Shown: piece by piece, positions 1 through 8,425 of the stretch
How positions within the stretch are numbered: position 1 is the stretch's first letter
Layout of the letters: every line of letters begins with the position of its first letter
From: Promethearchaeati archaeon SRVP18_Atabeyarchaeia-1
GTDB taxonomy: Archaea > Asgardarchaeota > Atabeyarchaeia > Atabeyarchaeales > Atabeyarchaeaceae
Assembly (NCBI GenBank): GCA_037308085.1
Contig: CP147779.1
Span: 672,001 to 736,000 of the forward strand
Direction of reading: 5' to 3'
Length of the DNA stretch: 64,000 nucleotides
Notes under the pieces: model-generated
Databases searched by the model: none
What the model saw: the letters and a program-made list of their open reading frames with translations, nothing else
Told to the model about the DNA's origin: nothing
Position numbers and translations under genes: made by a program

Positions 1-263
1 GGGGCGATAGTCTCGCCGGTCACGTAGACTTGATAACCTAGATGCATAAGACGCATTGCGAAAGCCTTGCCAACAAGCCCTGATCTTCCCGCGCCTACGA
101 CAAGTATTTTCTTGTCTCTTGCCTCCATGAGATTGTCGACGATGGCTTCAACCTGCCCCGGGATTAGCATGGTCACCGCCTTCTTAACGGATTCTATTAT
201 TTCATCCATAGCTTTGGTTACGATGCTTGCCTCTCTCTCTTTTGGCATTCTATCAACTCGCAT
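1..263 (-). CDS. hxlB: 6-phospho-3-hexuloisomerase (SIS domain), runs off the window edge
   Basis: Hand translation: MRVDRMPKE...[38 protein letters not shown], the PHI signature. Alternative ATG at 248. Not in the ORF track. Confidence 0.9.
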   Translation of the reverse strand, partial: [87 protein letters not shown]

Positions 264-314
264 TAAGCCAATCGGATTAGCAGAAACATGCAATACAGGT
301 CACACTGCAGTCAG

Positions 315-632
315 CTACCCTCCATGTGAGATAGGCATTAGGATGACCTCGTCATTTTCAGATAGAGCTGTCTCGATTCCGTCGAGGGCGCCTATATCTG
401 TGTCATTGACTAGTATTAATATGTCATTCCTGATCGTCTTGCTATCGTTCTCGAACAGAAAACGCGAGATGTCCTTGCTGAATGTGGCTTGGATCAGTCT
501 TAGGAGATCTCCAATAGTCGCTTCGCCCTCAATCTCTAGGATCTTCTCGTCACGGTCAACGAGTTGCTTCAGCGTTGACACGAATCTTAGCCTTACCTTC
601 TTCCCCTGCACTGCCTTCAGCTTCTCCGACAA
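315..632 (-). CDS. Urm1/SAMP/MoaD-type ubiquitin-like protein
   Basis: Beta-grasp size; ILILVNDTD motif and C-terminal SHGG resemble Urm1 (LINDTD...LHGG). Confidence 0.85.
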   Translation of the reverse strand: MSEKLKAVQGKKVRLRFVSTLKQLVDRDEKILEIEGEATIGDLLRLIQATFSKDISRFLFENDSKTIRNDILILVNDTDIGALDGIETALSENDEVILMPISHGG

Positions 633-828
633 AAATGGTTAACGGTTAAGATGCCACCAAGTTGGTTGAGGCATCGAGGAATCAGAGGAACACTGAGAAG
701 TGACGCTTAGTTCACACATCGATTCCATCGCAGTGGAACTCTTCGTTGACTCTTGGACACCAAATCATGGGTCATTCGGACAGAAGAACTCTCTCAAAAC
801 ATTAGGCAAGAGCTAATAGGCGCACGAA

Positions 829-1077
829 CTAGCCGCTGTCTTCAAAGCTCTCCTGCTCGTCTCCGCCCCTTTCTCCCCCTTCACTTTCTTTCATCTTGAC
901 CCTCACGATGCGGGTTACATATCCAGCCACTCTGTTCCGGACGCCCTTTGAAACATCGACTAGGATTGTACGCAGCTTTTCCCTATTCTCCTGGAACACA
1001 GGGGTGAAGTAGGTGGGGTAACGGGAGTACAGATTACGCGAAACACGTTTTATGGCCTCTGTCCTTACCTTGCCCAT
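829..1077 (-). CDS. rps17e: 30S ribosomal protein S17e
   Basis: MGKVRTEAIKR...SKGVRNRVAGYVTR; ATG at 1077. Confidence 0.95.
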   Translation of the reverse strand: MGKVRTEAIKRVSRNLYSRYPTYFTPVFQENREKLRTILVDVSKGVRNRVAGYVTRIVRVKMKESEGGERGGDEQESFEDSG

Positions 1078-1094
1078 AAGTAACACCTTTAGTT

Positions 1095-1358
1095 AACAAA
1101 GATTCCTCGGTCATTATATGCTGAGGATTAGCTAGTAGGTATGGTTCCGTCAAGTCTTCGGTTGATGGCTCGACTGGCTCGCATCGACTTTCAGGATTAC
1201 CCTTCCTTCCGTTCCGGGGGTTCCTGTACCATCGCCTCACCTGCGAGTCCCTTCAGGCCGAACCACAGCCCTGCGCCTATGTCTACATGGGTTCTCTTGC
1301 CCCTCCGCCTTCAGCTATAAAGCCACATACCGCGGAGCGGAGAGATTCTTGGACTCAC
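1095..1358 (-). ncRNA. Candidate structured RNA or long 5' leader of rps17e (unidentified)
   Basis: Several nested stems whose G-U pairs favour the minus strand; TATA-like TTTATATA at 1380-1373; no convincing ORF. Confidence 0.4.
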
Positions 1359-1521
1359 AATCCCGTTCCCAATATATAAATCAACCGCAGACTTTGCAGA
1401 GTCTTGATCAGCAAGGAAGGAGCAGCGATTGTTGTGGCGTAAGGTGGCCCGATTTGATGGGCAAGGCTCACTTGTCTCGAACCGAAAGAATTTTGAACTA
1501 GATCTAACACTCTTAATCTGT

Positions 1522-1636
1522 GCTCCGGTAGTATAGTTCGGTCAAGTATAGCGGCCTCTCGAATCGAAGGAGAAAGTCGCGGACCCGGGTTCAAATCTCT
1601 CTAATGTCTAGAGTGGAACTCCCGGCCGGAGCACCA
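1522..1636 (+). tRNA. tRNA-Glu(CTC) with two BHB introns (37/38: 1562-1574; 59/60: 1597-1620)
   Basis: Acceptor stem GCTCCGG/CCGGAGC plus ACCA; anticodon arm GCGGC-CT-CTC-G^A-GTCGC; T-loop BHB with central helix TTCA/TGGA and bulges AAT/ACT. Confidence 0.93.
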
Positions 1637-1658
1637 ACCAATCAGGAAAGCCAGTCGG

Positions 1659-1898
1659 TCAGTATAGGAAGCCCCCGCCCAGTAGCCTTAGGAGTTCATT
1701 CTTGATTCTGTCAAGCTGTTGGTATATTGAGCCTAATGCATCCCCCGACCATCCGAGCACCTGAAGTACGAGTCCGATCAGTATTCCAACAATGATGAGG
1801 GAAAGGCCTATCAGCATCCCTTCCTCGACTAGAGGGGATCCTCTTTCGTCCTTAAGCATTCTTGATATGGTTCTTTCTTTCGACTTTTTTGCTTTCAT
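1659..1898 (-). CDS. Type IV/Flp pilin-like protein with class III signal peptide
   Basis: Basic leader ...KDERG|SPLVEE with E at +5, followed by a long hydrophobic helix; probable start 1898 (or 1907), shorter than the track ORF. Confidence 0.65.
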   Translation of the reverse strand: MKAKKSKERTISRMLKDERGSPLVEEGMLIGLSLIIVGILIGLVLQVLGWSGDALGSIYQQLDRIKNELLRLLGGGFLY

Positions 1899-2150
1899 AC
1901 GAAGCATCTCCTTAGTCGAGTTGCGAGGGGAGATATTTAAAGGGCAAGACTCGAGTGGCTGATCCTTGATCAGCAAAGAGCGTCTGCTCAATGGCTAGGG
2001 TTCTTAGAAGAAGAGGAAGTACATCTTCTTTGCCGGAGGGAATGAATCGCACTCTGCGACGACTCCTCGCACCGGTATGAGGAATACATATATCTCATAG
2101 TCGACTAACCGGACAGTACCGTGAAATGTGACTAAACGTAACCTTATTGA

Positions 2151-2316
2151 GCGGCCGTGGTCTAGACAGCTGGCGCCACATGAAGATTAGCTAATCTGCC
2201 TAGAATGGTCCAGGACAGAGGAGAGACTATGTTTACCGTCCAAAGGCTTCCCAAGCCTTTAACCCAGGCTTATGGTTCCTGGGGAGGAGACCCGGGTTCA
2301 AATCCCGGCGGCCGCA
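2151..2316 (+). tRNA. tRNA-Gly(CCC) with three non-canonical introns (17/17a: 2168-2205; 27/28: 2219-2243; 45/46: 2262-2289)
   Basis: Acceptor stem GCGGCCG/CGGCCGC-A; central helices CTAG/CTAG, GGAC/GTCC and CCTT/GAGG, each with 3-nt bulges; the spliced product is a normal cloverleaf. Confidence 0.9.
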
Positions 2317-2388
2317 CTTGTTTGGATCCACTCAAGAAGACACTTCACGAAAAAGGTTATTAGTTCTCGTTTCTTTAAGGAGAGGTCG

Positions 2389-2447
2389 ACGATGATGACT
2401 CTGACCCCACTGATATATGAATGAGTGAAGATCTTGAGTTCTGAGTA
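2389..2447 (+). ncRNA. Box C/D sRNA (2'-O-methylation guide)
   Basis: C box ATGATGA (2392-2398), 11-nt guide, D' CTGA (2410-2413), C'-like ATGAATGA, second guide, D CTGA (2441-2444); BRE/TATA-like AAAAAGGTTATTA about 25 nt upstream. Confidence 0.75.
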
Positions 2448-2617
2448 CTTCCTTGGGCTTGAGAGACGGTTTTTCAGAATAACTTTTACCTCTCTCTCCT
2501 CCTCTTTATAATATCGCCAAGCACTACTTCTAGTGAATCTAGTGATCTGCTGATCGGGCTCAGAATCTTGCTGCCCCTATTTGCTCTAAATCACCCCGCT
2601 GGTGGAGGAATTCAAGC

Positions 2618-2944
2618 ATGTTGATCGAGTCAGGGAAGACCTTCGATAGGAGTGAGATTAACGTTCCTATTGAGGAGATCTTGTCATCAAAGGGCCGCAT
2701 CAAGATCATGAGAATGTTGCTTAGGAGGGGTGAGCTGAACATATCTGAGATCGTTAAGCTGACAAAACTCAACCATAACTCTGTCGTGCAGCATCTGGAG
2801 CTACTGAAGCGGGCGGGGTTCGTTGACGAGAAGAACTTTGGCAGGATTCGGATATACAGCGTCAGAAATGAGAGCCTACTCGTCAAGGCGATGAGGAGTT
2901 TCGTCTCCCTGTGGGGACCTCCGAGAACGGAAATCAATAAATAG
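2618..2944 (+). CDS. ArsR-like winged-helix DNA-binding protein
   Basis: wHTH pattern SKGRIKIMRMLLRRGELNISEIVKLTKLNHNSVVQHLELLKRAGFV. Confidence 0.85.
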   Translation: MLIESGKTFDRSEINVPIEEILSSKGRIKIMRMLLRRGELNISEIVKLTKLNHNSVVQHLELLKRAGFVDEKNFGRIRIYSVRNESLLVKAMRSFVSLWGPPRTEINK

Positions 2945-2990
2945 CTTGGCGTGTTCTCATATCAAGCAAACTCTTTAGGAGGAAATCATT

Positions 2991-3149
2991 GTGCCATCGC
3001 ATGGCTCTGTTGCAAAAGCAGGCAAAGTGAGGAAACAAACTCCGAAAGTTGAAGGTGCAGACAGGAGCAAGGCTTCGCCAAGGGTTAGAGGCAGAATGAA
3101 CTACGTCAAAAGAATTCTTCACAATAGACCTATGGGTCAGACAATGTGA
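2991..3149 (+). CDS. rps30e: 30S ribosomal protein S30e
   Basis: Hand translation from GTG: MPSHGSVAKAGKVRKQTPKVE... (52 aa); SD AGGAGG at 2977-2982; below the ORF-track length cutoff. Confidence 0.93.
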   Translation: MPSHGSVAKAGKVRKQTPKVEGADRSKASPRVRGRMNYVKRILHNRPMGQTM

Positions 3150-3219
3150 ACTGGCCGGAACTTGCGAGAACTACTGATCGGTTCCAGAATTTTAGTCCGT
3201 TGCGTCAGGTTGATTAAGG

Positions 3220-4431
3220 TTGGAAGACAACGCCGTCGAAGAAATCCTGTTTGGGAAATCAGTCTTCAAGAATGAAGCCACACTACTCTCAGAGTATGTT
3301 CCTCCAAGACTTCCGCGCAGGCAAAGCGAGGTTATGCGGCTAGCTCAGGATTTTAGGCCTCTTCTCATAAGAGACGGTTCCTTCGCCGTAAACATAGCAA
3401 TAGTCGGCGATGCAGGTATAGGCAAATCGGCACTTGCGAAATCTGTCATGGAGAAGATAGTCCAAGCCGCAGCGAAAAGAAACGTGAAGATACTGTATGA
3501 GTACTTCAACTGCTATACTTTTCGCACGAAAAGCGCAATCCTAAGAAACTTGCTGACTGAACGCTTCCATATTCTGAGTCGCGGCTTCTCAGACGAGGAA
3601 TTGCTTAGCATGTTAGTAAAGCGACTTGTCAGTGAAAATGCGAAGCTTATAATCGTTCTTGACGAAGCCCCGATCTTGGGCGGAGGAGAAATACTGAGCA
3701 TGTTACATGCCTCTGAAGTATATGGATTTGGTCAGTCGCGAATTTCTACAGTCATTGTTAGTCGACCCTCCGAGTGGAGAGTAGTATTAAGTGCTCCTCT
3801 GTCAGGACATATACATGACCAGATAAACATGCGTAGTTACAGTAAGGAGGACCTTCTTGAAATACTGCGCTACAGGACGGACATAGCATTCGTTCCAGGG
3901 GCAATCCCCGAAGATATCCTGGATATGGTGGCGGAGATCGCTTCACAGACAAGGAACGCTAGGCATGGAATTGAAATACTCTATCAGTCGGGCAAGGAAG
4001 CCGACTCAGAAGGTAAGAGCCAGTTGACAGCTGACATGATCCGTCAAGCAAAGGAAAGCGTATACCCAGAACTGCGGTACGACGTGTTTTACACCTTAAA
4101 GCCACAGGAAATCTTGGTAGCCCTAAGCATAGCCAGGGTGCTGAGTTCTAAGGGATCAACTTCCACAACTATCGATGAAGCCTTCAGCAGCTACCGTGTA
4201 ATATGTGAGGAAGAGAATTTCCCACCCCAATTCAAAGCGAGTTTCAGAAAGAACGTCAATCTCCTGCTCAGCTTGGGTTTCATGGGGCTGATTGTGGGTC
4301 CCATAGAGAAAGGTAAACGGGGAAGGCACGGCAGAATAACGCTGTACGACATCCCGGCAAGCGTCCTTGAAGAAAGACTTCACGATATTCTGCGCAGACT
4401 GAAGAAAGGGGAACTGAGCGATTCAGGTTGA
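3220..4431 (+). CDS. cdc6: Orc1/Cdc6 replication initiator
   Basis: YVPPRLPRR, Walker A GDAGIGKS, Walker B IIVLDEA, C-terminal wHTH with GKRGRHG. Confidence 0.92.
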   Translation: MEDNAVEEILFGKSVFKNEATLLSEYVPPRLPRRQSEVMRLAQDFRPLLIRDGSFAVNIAIVGDAGIGKSALAKSVMEKIVQAAAKRNVKILYEYFNCYTFRTKSAILRNLLTERFHILSRGFSDEELLSMLVKRLVSENAKLIIVLDEAPILGGGEILSMLHASEVYGFGQSRISTVIVSRPSEWRVVLSAPLSGHIHDQINMRSYSKEDLLEILRYRTDIAFVPGAIPEDILDMVAEIASQTRNARHGIEILYQSGKEADSEGKSQLTADMIRQAKESVYPELRYDVFYTLKPQEILVALSIARVLSSKGSTSTTIDEAFSSYRVICEEENFPPQFKASFRKNVNLLLSLGFMGLIVGPIEKGKRGRHGRITLYDIPASVLEERLHDILRRLKKGELSDSG

Positions 4432-4494
4432 ATAATAGCAAATTGCGGGTGCCATCCCGATTCTTTGCTAAGACGGGCTTCTGGAGTGCCCTAC

Positions 4495-5325
4495 CTAGAA
4501 GTAGTCTGAGATCTCCTCTTCTTCATTCCTTTGAGTTTTGCGAAGTACCTCGGAGCATTTCCTGGGATTTAATCGCTTATATTCTAGATTAAGCAATGCT
4601 ATGCTTTTCTGGGTTCCCTTAGCCATGCTCTCTGCTATCAGTATCCCCCTTGCACTTGGGTCTCCTTTTCTAATGGTCTCCACGTATCTTGATAATTGCA
4701 GTGCAGCTTCTTTTGTTGCTTTTCCTCTCTTGATCTCGATAATTGTGTAGTTCCCGTTCCTGTCCTTTCCGAATATATCTGCGAAGCCAGTGGGCATTTC
4801 CTTCTCTGATGTTATGGGGACGAAGCCTTCCTCAATCAAACTGGGATCACAGAGGATCGCCTTCTTCATTTCCAACTCAGAGCCGTGCATGAGTATCTCG
4901 CTTTCGTCGGACAGTCCTAACACGCATACCAAGTAGAGTTTTGAAAAGGTGATCTTGACAGATTCCAGAGGCCTCATTCTTACAGCTGTAACCTCTAACC
5001 TGTTGTCTGAGTGTTGCTCAACTCGGAACCTGCATCCTGTTGGTTGCCAGTTCACGGGTCGATATCCGTGGCTACGGTGTATTATGAGGGCCTTGTCTGC
5101 GGTTATCAGTACGACCCTCTCACCCGCTCCCAGTGCTGAAGAGGCACGACCCTTGTAGAGTATCTCGCATAGCCCTATTATTATTACGGCTTTCGCCTTC
5201 CTTAAAGCATCTTGAACTAGGTTCTTTGCGTAATCAACGGAGGGATTCGCACTTATCTCAACAGGTCTTTTTGAATTCAAGCGATCAGATACACCTTCCT
5301 TTGATCGAAAAGGATCTTTCGGCAT
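4495..5325 (-). CDS. nucS: Mismatch-specific endonuclease NucS/EndoMS
   Basis: YKGRASS, RPVNWQP, nuclease motif ADIFGKD...IIEIKR...QLSRY; start uncertain. Confidence 0.92.
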   Translation of the reverse strand: MPKDPFRSKEGVSDRLNSKRPVEISANPSVDYAKNLVQDALRKAKAVIIIGLCEILYKGRASSALGAGERVVLITADKALIIHRSHGYRPVNWQPTGCRFRVEQHSDNRLEVTAVRMRPLESVKITFSKLYLVCVLGLSDESEILMHGSELEMKKAILCDPSLIEEGFVPITSEKEMPTGFADIFGKDRNGNYTIIEIKRGKATKEAALQLSRYVETIRKGDPSARGILIAESMAKGTQKSIALLNLEYKRLNPRKCSEVLRKTQRNEEEEISDYF

Positions 5326-5434
5326 GCGGCAAGACCATGGAGATACGAGAACAGGCTTCAATGGTTTCTGTGCTTATCCGTAATCAATACTTGGAGACTG
5401 GTCAGCGACAGGATGCGTAACACGTCTCGATATC

Positions 5435-6496
5435 TTAGCCAACGCGAATGCTGAAGACGTGGTTAATTAATTGATCGTTTGATAGGAAGACTTTTCTTCC
5501 GACTCGTGATCTCAATAGAATGCGTCCAACCCTGTTCATGGTTGACGAGCACCGCTCAATTCTAAGCACGCCCGCCCTAGTCGTGTCCTCCAGATCATTT
5601 CGTAGCTTCGTACAGGCCTCGTCAACGGTATCGACTTCTCTTGCGCCAACAACAAAGTACGGCGAGACTATCCAAGTGCGCCCGTGTTCAGCCCCATCAA
5701 TAAGCACATTCTCATTATAGGTTCTGTGCGCCTGTACATTGATCACGTAGGTTACACTTGCTTCTGAACTTCTCATCATTGAAACAAGCTTCTTCAGGTC
5801 TAGCTTTGCGAATAGAGGGTCCGTGGCAGTGAGCACAGCGAATCCGTATCCTTCGACACTTCCGCCGCAGTTTCGAACCGCAGCCTTGCTCGCGCCAATG
5901 AAAGATTCAAATTCCCCTCCGACTATGCTGAAGAACACGCTTCGAAGTTGTTCGCCGTCGACTATTCCTGGTCTAGGTTCTCCGTGGAGTTCTCGAACTA
6001 CTCTTAGCATTCTTTCCGCGGCAATCTCTGCTTTCTGGCAGGCATCGGATGCGGTTTTTGCCTCTGCAGATACAACATACCTAATGATAGACCCTCTGTT
6101 GCTGACCTCGATACTGTAAGTCCCGACATGCTCCGCAAGGATCCTGTTGGTCTTTAGAGCTTTGGATCTGTCAATCGAGGACTCGCTAGCCTCAGAACCA
6201 ATGGGCTGAGCGACTCTGATCTCGACGGCCGAAAGCGCGGTAAACCTCTTCCTCTTCTCATCTGAGAACACCATGCTCCTGCCGTTGCTTCTCATCGTTG
6301 AAATCTTGACTGTCGGCGTCTCTCCGTATATTAACCTGACTGAGGGCAAGGCACATAGAAGGAGAGAGATTACCAGAATTACGTTTGCCGAGGTTAGGAA
6401 TTCTATCAATGCCAGCAGAACGACAACTAGGAAAATCGGTGTCATAAGATCCTTTGAGGTCTTCAGTTTGGCTGCTAGCCCTTCAGCATGATTCAA
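5435..6496 (-). CDS. Hypothetical protein with two N-terminal TM helices
   Basis: Long ORF with a hydrophobic hairpin then an alpha/beta soluble region; no family recognised; start uncertain. Confidence 0.6.
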   Translation of the reverse strand: MNHAEGLAAKLKTSKDLMTPIFLVVVLLALIEFLTSANVILVISLLLCALPSVRLIYGETPTVKISTMRSNGRSMVFSDEKRKRFTALSAVEIRVAQPIGSEASESSIDRSKALKTNRILAEHVGTYSIEVSNRGSIIRYVVSAEAKTASDACQKAEIAAERMLRVVRELHGEPRPGIVDGEQLRSVFFSIVGGEFESFIGASKAAVRNCGGSVEGYGFAVLTATDPLFAKLDLKKLVSMMRSSEASVTYVINVQAHRTYNENVLIDGAEHGRTWIVSPYFVVGAREVDTVDEACTKLRNDLEDTTRAGVLRIERCSSTMNRVGRILLRSRVGRKVFLSNDQLINHVFSIRVG

Positions 6497-6658
6497 TTTC
6501 CTACCCCAGAGAGAAGTGTGATGAGATTCTTCGTCAAAACCAGTTTGATGCTGACGGTATATAAAATACACGAGGAGCCATTCTGGAGGCACCATTCAAT
6601 AAGGGACGGCAGAAAGACGATACTTTCTGCTGGTGCATTCTGTCTTGCCTTAGCGTGT

Positions 6659-8221
6659 CTAGACGAATTTCCTTGAATAGGACTCTGAAAGCAGGTCCAC
6701 GACATTCTTAACCTTTGTCGTAGCGCCGACTGATTGAAGAATATCCTGCAACTGAACGGTACAGAAAGGGCATGATGTCACGCAGATATCGGCCTCTGTC
6801 TCTCGTACCAGCTCAGCTTTTCTTCTAGCTATCGCCATTGAAAGAGCCCTCCGACCAGCCCTTACCCCCCCGCCGCTCCCACAGCATCTGTCAGCGTCCC
6901 TCATCTCAATTAGCTCGACTCCAGGGATCATCTGCAACAGCCTTCGGGGCTCGTCCTTTATTCCTTGACCTCTATTCAGGTGGCAAGGGTCGTGGTATGT
7001 CAAGCGCAGATTCAGCTCTCCGGTTGGTTTCACGAGTCTATTCCCCAATTCATTCATCAGATATTCGTTAATGTCATATACCTTGAAATCTGCTTTCCTG
7101 CCTCGCTCAGTCTCCAAGATTTCTCTGAAATTCGTCTTAAGGGTAAGCCCACAACCGGAGCACCCTACAACAACTTTGCCTATGCCAAGCTTCTCAAATA
7201 TCTCGGTGTTTTTGATCACCTGCTTCTTGGCGACTTCAATTGCACCCGTTCTAAATGCAGGGGAGCCACAACAGACCTGTTCCTTTGGTATGTGCACTTC
7301 GACTCCATTCGTCGCGAGAGTGTTAATCAGTGCTTTGCCGGTATTCTGCATCCTCAGATCGATCAGGCATCCAGTGAAAAACGCTACCTTATCAACGGGG
7401 TTCTCGACTCTTACGACCTCGGGAACCTGCTCAAGCAGAGAAGCATTCTTCTTTGTGACTGATCTTCCAGTCTCGTCAACTAGCCGAACGAACTCCATAT
7501 GGCCTGGCAGTGGTCCGAGTCCTTGGATGGCAGCATAGGCTCTGAGTTTCTCTATCGCCTTTGCTGGGATGTCAATTTCCTTTGGGCAAGCCTCCACGCA
7601 GGCTCTACAAGTAGTGCAATCATATAAGCCGTCAGCGACTGCCATCTTGACCCGATCCTCCAGATCGCGGGGATCGAGTTTCAGCCTCGCGAGTTGCCTC
7701 ATTGGTAGAGGGCCTGCAAATTCCTGCCAAGCATCGGCTATGGCAGGGCAAGCACTAATACAGGACCAGCACTCGATGCATTTTCTGAGATCCTTGATCG
7801 GCTCAATGTCACTCCTCATTATTACCTCCGGTCTCGCGACCGGGGCTTGCCTCTCCACGAAAGGTCTTATTCTCATTAGACGTCTGGTTCCTCTGCTAAT
7901 ATCGGTGACGAGATCCTTCACGACATCGAAATGCAGAAGAGGTGAAATAGTGAGGTCTTTTCCTTCCTTGACCAATGTCCTGCAAGCTGCACATGGCTTA
8001 GCATTCACAAGAACAGCACACGACCCACATGATCCTTGTCTGCAGGATTTCCTGTATGCCAGGGTGGGATCAAGATTCTCATAGACATAGTCCAACGCAT
8101 CAAGAACAGTCATGCCCTCAGAATATGGGACCTCATAGTTGTCATATCTCGGGGCATCTGCCTTCTTCGGGTCATATCGGTATACTCTCAACTCAATACT
8201 GCTTGCCACCATTTGATTCAC
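6659..8221 (-). CDS. tfrB: Thiol:fumarate reductase subunit B (SdhB-like Fe-S domain plus two CCG domains)
   Basis: SCRQGSCGSC (2Fe-2S), CIECWSCISACP, CTTCRACVEACP, HdrB/D-type CCG motifs (CCGSP, YHDPCHL, CCGSGGG). Confidence 0.9.
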   Translation of the reverse strand: MNQMVASSIELRVYRYDPKKADAPRYDNYEVPYSEGMTVLDALDYVYENLDPTLAYRKSCRQGSCGSCAVLVNAKPCAACRTLVKEGKDLTISPLLHFDVVKDLVTDISRGTRRLMRIRPFVERQAPVARPEVIMRSDIEPIKDLRKCIECWSCISACPAIADAWQEFAGPLPMRQLARLKLDPRDLEDRVKMAVADGLYDCTTCRACVEACPKEIDIPAKAIEKLRAYAAIQGLGPLPGHMEFVRLVDETGRSVTKKNASLLEQVPEVVRVENPVDKVAFFTGCLIDLRMQNTGKALINTLATNGVEVHIPKEQVCCGSPAFRTGAIEVAKKQVIKNTEIFEKLGIGKVVVGCSGCGLTLKTNFREILETERGRKADFKVYDINEYLMNELGNRLVKPTGELNLRLTYHDPCHLNRGQGIKDEPRRLLQMIPGVELIEMRDADRCCGSGGGVRAGRRALSMAIARRKAELVRETEADICVTSCPFCTVQLQDILQSVGATTKVKNVVDLLSESYSRKFV

Positions 8222-8425
8222 CTAATAAGGTTCATGATCAGCAGAACACCGCACGCCGCTTTCTCTTTGAGTTTCCTTTGGCGCTCCCTAGGAAATCAAC
8301 CTTCTAGGAGTTATCACGATTACTGCTAATTCAACCCTCACCAATTCTTTTTGATATATCCCTCAGTATAAAAGCAAAAAGCGTTGCTATCTGCTCGATT
8401 TCCAGCAATAGTGCTAAACTTCGTA

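Noticed and set aside
67-642. 191-aa plus-strand ORF and many similar Ser/Ile/Thr-rich antisense ORFs in the track
   Set aside because: They are shadows of well-supported genes on the opposite strand.
1095-1358. RNase P RNA, 5S rRNA or a known riboswitch
   Set aside because: Lacks the RNase P P4 motifs (GAGGAAnnUCC / ACAnAAnnnGGCUUA), the 5S signature and recognisable TPP/FMN/B12/SAM cores; kept only as an unidentified candidate.
2399-2409. C/D D' guide targeting the tRNA-Thr D-loop (GGTCAGAG)
   Set aside because: Only 8 contiguous pairs, with mismatches near the box; insufficient support.
2450-3220. Replication origin next to cdc6
   Set aside because: No repeated ORB consensus (TTCCAGnGGAAA...GGGG) or clear AT-rich unwinding element is visible by eye.
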